64,000 nt of DNA from the human T2T-CHM13v2.0 reference genome, Homo sapiens, in NCBI RefSeq assembly GCF_009914755.1, contig NC_060941.1, one strand, 5' to 3'. Below are positions 58,554 to 64,000 of the stretch, piece by piece. Numbering within the stretch: position 1 is the first letter of the stretch; every line of letters starts with the position of its first letter. The translations under genes were made by a program, and so were the position numbers. The notes under the pieces were generated by a model, which ran no database searches, was not told where the DNA came from, and saw nothing but the letters and a program-made list of their open reading frames with translations.

Positions 58554-61500
58554 TGAACTCCTGACCTCAGGTGATCCACTCACCTCGGCCTCGCAAGGGA
58601 TTACAGACATGAGCCACTGCATCCAGCCCAGTTTGGCAGTCTCTTGAAGTGTTATGCACACACCTACCACCACATGACCCAGCCATTCCACTCCTAGTAT
58701 TTACTTAAGAAAGATGAAAGCAGCTATCCAGGCAGACTTGAACATGGATGTTTACAGTAGCTTTACTTGTAATAGTCAAAACCTGGAGACAATCCAAATG
58801 TCCATCAACCAGTGAATAAGTAAACAAACTACGGTGAATGGATACAATGGAATACTACTCAGCACTAAAAAGGAACTACCAGTCCATGCAAGAGCATCCA
58901 TCACCCACAAAATAACTATGCTGAGTGAAAGAAGCCAGACAAACATAGAGTATACTGTATGATTCCATTTTCATAAAATTCCTGAAAATGCAAACTAATG
59001 TCCAGTGACAGAAAGCAGATCAGCAGCAGCCTGGGTTAGAAAGGGCAAGAGGGGCTGGGGGGATCTCAAAGGTGGGAATGGATATGTTCACAGTCTTAAC
59101 CTGAGTACGTGCCTCCTGGCTGTAGAAACACATCAAAACTCAAATTGTAGGCAGGGCACAGCGGCTCTTGCCTGTAATCCCAACACTCTGGGACTTTGGG
59201 AGGCCAAGGCAGGAGGATTGCTTGAACCCAGGAGTTTGAGACAAGATTGGGCCAGATGGTGAGACCCCCATCTCTACAAAAATAAAAACATTAGCCAGTG
59301 CAGTGGCACATGCCTGTAGTCCCAGCTACTCTGGAAGCTGAGGTGGGAGGATCACTTGAGCCCAGGAGTTCAACGCTGCAGCACGAATGCACTCCAGCCT
59401 GGGCGACAGAGCAAGACCCCATCTCCAAAAAAGGCAACTCAAATTGTATGCTTCATATAGGTGCACTTTGTTGTAAGTTGGTTATTCCTCTATAAGGCTA
59501 TTTTATTTTATTTTATTTTATTTTTTGAGATGGAGTCTCGCTCTGTCACCCAGGCTGGCACAGTCTCAGCTCACTACAACCTCTGCCTCCCAGATTCAAG
59601 CAATTCTCCTGCCTCAGCCTCCAGAGTAGCTGCGATTACAGGTGTGCGCCCCTATGCCTGGTTAATTTTTGTATTTTTAGTAGAGAGGGGTTTCACCATG
59701 TTGGCCAGGCTGGTCTCAAACTTCTGACCTCAGGTGATTCACTAGCCTTGGCTTCTCAAAGTGCTGGGATTACAGGCTGAACCACCACGTCTGGCCTGTA
59801 AGGCTATTTTAAAATGAAATTATTAATTTTGCTGAATGTTTAATGTATTATATTATTAAAAGTCCTTACTTATGGCCAGGCATAGTGGCTCACATCTGTA
59901 ATTCCAGCACTTTGGGAGGCCGAGGCGGGTGGATCACGAGGTTGGGAGATCAAGACCATCCTGGCCAACGTGGCGAAACCCCGTCTCTACTAAAAATACA
60001 AAAATTGGCCAAGCATGGTGGCATGTGCCTGTAATCCTAGCTACTCAGGAGGCTGAGGCAGGAGAATGGCTTGAACCCAGGAGACGAGGTTACAGTGAGC
60101 TGAGATCGCGCCACTGCACTCCAGCCTGGGCGACAGACTGAGACTCCGTCTCAAGAAAAAAAAAAAAAGTCCTTACTTGTTAGAGATACATTCTGCATTT
60201 CATATGCATGTGAGATATTTACTGATGAAATTTGATGTCTGGATTTGCTTTAAAACACTCTAGTGAAAGGAAGCAGACAGGAGTGAAGGGGAAGAGGCGG
60301 AGAGGGGGCAGAAGACAGATGAAACAAGAATGACATATTGTGAGAGAATTCTTGAAGCTGGGCATTGGGTACGGTGGTGCAGGGGTCATTAAACGGTTCT
60401 AGTTTAGTGTATGTTGCATATTTTTGAAAATAAAAAGTTAGAAGGCAAATCCAGGCTTCACTGTTTCCCAGCTGTGTGAGCTCAGGCAGGTCCCCAACTT
60501 CCCTAAGGGTGACAGTCCCCATCGGTGAGCAGGGGATGCCCCTGCCCTCCCTTGGGTTCTGTGAGGGCCTTGGTCCAGTGTCTGGCAACGACTCCCTTAT
60601 TCTGCCACTGTCTCCCCAAGGGCCTACAATCTCCTTAACTGTGGCATGCAGGCCCTGTGCCACTGCACTGACTGTGGCATGCAGGCTCTGATGACACCCA
60701 CAGCACAGTGACGTCAGCCGACACTGGCATAGGGCCTGCTGCACACCAGGCGCTGGGGTGAGTGCAGCCATGTATCCTATTCAATCTGCATGCCAGCCCC
60801 ACGGGGGACGTCCGATAGTGTGCCTCCCTTGCAGGACTTGCCAAGGACACACAGTGAGTAAATGGATTGTAACTCAGGTCTGGCTTCAGTTATGACCCCT
60901 GCCACATGCTGTTCCTGAACATTCTGGGGCCTCCCAACTCTGATGGGGGAATCTGTGCCAATCTGACTTCACGGGACCATCTCCCCTCACTCAGACCCCA
61001 GCCTCTGTCCTTGGCTTCACCCAACAAGCTCAGGCCAAGTTCAAAGGCCTCCTCTGTCTGCCTCCGGGTCCGAAGCACAACCAGGCAGTCCCCAACCTTC
61101 CTCCTGCACACGGGAGCCCCAGGGTTGCTTGTTACCTCTATCAAGAACTCAGCAGCCCCGCAAGGAACAGACCAGCAAAGGTGACCTCATGGGAGTGTCC
61201 ATGCCCTGGCTGGCTCCTGTGGGTTTGAGCAGAGGGAAATGGTACAGAGCTGTCCCTTCCTCACCCAGTGGGAAAGTCAATGGTGTTCCTCTCATGAGGG
61301 CCTGCTACACCTGCCCGTCCACCAGGTGCGACTCATGCTCTGTGCTCCCTGCATCCACTGAAATGGTCCATTGGCCCCGTGGGACCTGGTATGGCCGGGA
61401 GCAGGATGAGGCTGGCCTGGCAGTGTCAGCCCCTACTCAGGGCGGCTCTGGTTCATGGTGCTGTCGGGTCTGGCCCAGTCTGAGTGGAAGGCAAGAGGCT

Positions 61501-62932
61501 CACAGCCCGAAACCCTTCACCAGTGCCAGCACCCAGCCCGGGAAGTCAGGGAGTGCGGGGTCTCCCTCAGCAGGTAAGACGGCCTCAGCTGCCCTTACAG
61601 GCCGGGGGGCACGGGAGGGACAGGGTGTCTGCTACGTGCTCCACTGACGGGTCCCACTGGAGATTTCAGGCTGGACGATGACAATACATTTTGCTCCTTT
61701 TCCCTGTCTGTCTGAGGGTCTCTGAGCCCTGCTTACACAGATGGCTCTGTCCTGAATGTGGGGCTGCTGCTGCCCTGGAAAGAAGGAAGGAGCCAGCATG
61801 CTCAGAGTCCAGCTCGGAGGTGGGAGCCCAGAGCTCCTCGAATCCTGCCCTGCTCCTGTGAGGAGGCCCCACCTGCTCCTGGGCCTGGCCCCCTTTGCCT
61901 TCCCCTTGCCCTGCTACTAAGAACCCCCCACCGGCCAGAGGGCAGATGCTGTCCCTGCAGGTTCCCAACCCCTGCCCTCCATGGGTGACTGTGGTCCAGC
62001 GACAGCAGAGGCCAGCTCCAGCCCAACACACCGGGCTCCCCCAAGCCTAGCCCAGCCCAGCCCAGGACCCTGAGCCATCCCCGTGCCCAGCAGCCTGCAG
62101 GGGCCTTCCCCATGCTGGCCCAGGCCTCAGGCGAGATCCCCTGTGTGTGTGCCACTCAGCTGCTGATTAGTCATGCTCTGCACGTGGCCACCTCTTCCAT
62201 CCCTGATACTTGTCTTCTGGGAGAAAGCAGGAGGAGAGATAAGATAGAGTGGGAGAAAGAGAAGGAAAGGCCCGGACCACTCTTTGCTCCTGGAAGCTCT
62301 GGCCCTGAGACTGGGAGAGACAGACAAGCCTTCCAGCAGTATGACCTGTGCCTAGATTTCCCGGGGAGGGAGATTTGAGACATGGACAGTGCCTGCTGCA
62401 GGGCCCAGCATGGCGTAGAAGGCAGGTGTCTTTCCTTCCCGCCACTCAGCCTTCCAGGAGGATGTTTGTTGACTTGGAAGACAGTCACACAGTTGTGACT
62501 TGGGTGGGACCTCATCCTCACGTCCAACCTGCCACCTCCAGGGAAGATCAGGGCAGAAATCACCAGGGAGTGGTCAGCTGGCAAACGCCCTCCTCAGGAA
62601 GGGACAGCTGCTGCCGGGACCCATGGCATGACCGTCCTTGGTGTCTGAGGTGGTCTCTCCAACGCTGCAACAGGGGGCCAGTCAGGGGCCTGGGTCCCAG
62701 CCCTCCCAGCCCTCAGTGACCTGCAGGCCCCACGATGGTAGAGGGAGGGTGCTAAAGAGCTGGGTACCTGAGCCCAACTGGACAGGGAGGCAGGGAGGTC
62801 ACTCCATCAATACACGCTGAGCGGCTTCTCCAAAGACGATGGCCACCAGCGGCAAAGAGAGCCTCAGGCCAGGACAGAGGCAGTATTGTGCCATTGCTGT
62901 CACAGCTCTCACTTAAATAAAATATATATCTA

Positions 62933-63193
<261 letters not shown>

Positions 63194-63739
63194 TCATCAG
63201 AAGATTCGCTGAGTCATTTAAATAGGGAGGCTTTCTACTGCATTTATGATGTCTGATTTATGCGCAGCTTTTTAAAGTGTCTTTTCTTTTTACATAAAAC
63301 AAACCCACCTGTACAAAGCAACTGAAAAAGTAGCTTAGGAGTGACTCCAACTATTAACCAAATATAGCACAAAGCGTGATCCGCCTTCTTGGGTCAATAT
63401 TTACCTGGACTTCAGCCTGCCTCGGAAAGGAAATTTGAAAATATTTGGCGAGTGGCAGAATGGTTGTCTGGCTACACAGGCCGATAAGCAGCTGGGGCTC
63501 AGGTTTCCAAGCTGGCCTTTTATGGGCGAGAGACATTATCACCATCATCAACGCCCATGTGCTAGTAGTAGGACCCACTGTCAGCCAGCTTTTTGTTTTG
63601 TTTTTGTTTCTTAAAGATTAGTATATTTTAGAAGGGGGGACTTTAAAAATCATTTTTAGGTCAGATTTATGAAGGTAACACATAAAGTAAAATGTACCCT
63701 TTTTAATGCACAGGTCTGTGAGTTTTGTTGTTGTTGTTT

Positions 63740-63870
63740 GATTTTAGTAAAGATGGGGTCTCGCTATGTTGCCCAGGCTGGTCTCCAACTGTTGGTCTTA
63801 AGCAATCCTCCTGCCTTGGCCTCCCAAAATGCTGGGGTTACAGCTGTAAGCCACTGTGCCCCAACCAGGT
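63740..63870 (-). mobile_element. Alu left monomer (FLAM/J-like) within an L1 fragment
   Basis: Reverse left-arm sequence. Confidence 0.75.
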
Positions 63871-64000
63871 CTATGAGTCTTGACAAATGCATACCACCAC
63901 CACATCAGGACACAGCACTTCCAGCCAGCTCCAGGCTCCAACCCAGAGCTGGGCCCTTCCCTGTCCCACCCCAGACACTCCTGTCCTGTGTTCCATCCCG

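Overview
Human genomic DNA (Alu, LTR12, L1 and MIR content) from the MED9-RASD1-PEMT cluster, which I recognise as 17p11.2, the Smith-Magenis/Potocki-Lupski interval. It contains the complete two-exon MED9 gene (+, 146 aa), the complete two-exon RASD1/Dexras1 gene (-, 281 aa) converging on MED9, and the last five coding exons of PEMT (-, 168 codons plus stop). All splice junctions were read from the sequence and preserve the reading frame. Almost all other ORFs in the supplied track are GC-rich or Alu-derived noise. I found no wholly new gene system. The most interesting signals are: (1) a doubled, inverted pair of glucocorticoid-response elements forming a 33-bp quasi-palindrome inside the MED9 3'UTR, probably the RASD1 dexamethasone enhancer; (2) a full-length sense-oriented solo LTR12C in the MED9 intron, upstream of an exon that opens with an in-frame ATG; (3) two routes into an alternative RASD1 reading frame that would escape NMD; (4) the PEMT Met175 allele; (5) an internally duplicated, fold-back Alu; (6) a strong CTCF-like motif between the RASD1 promoter and PEMT. 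Repeat boundaries and subfamily calls are by eye and approximate.
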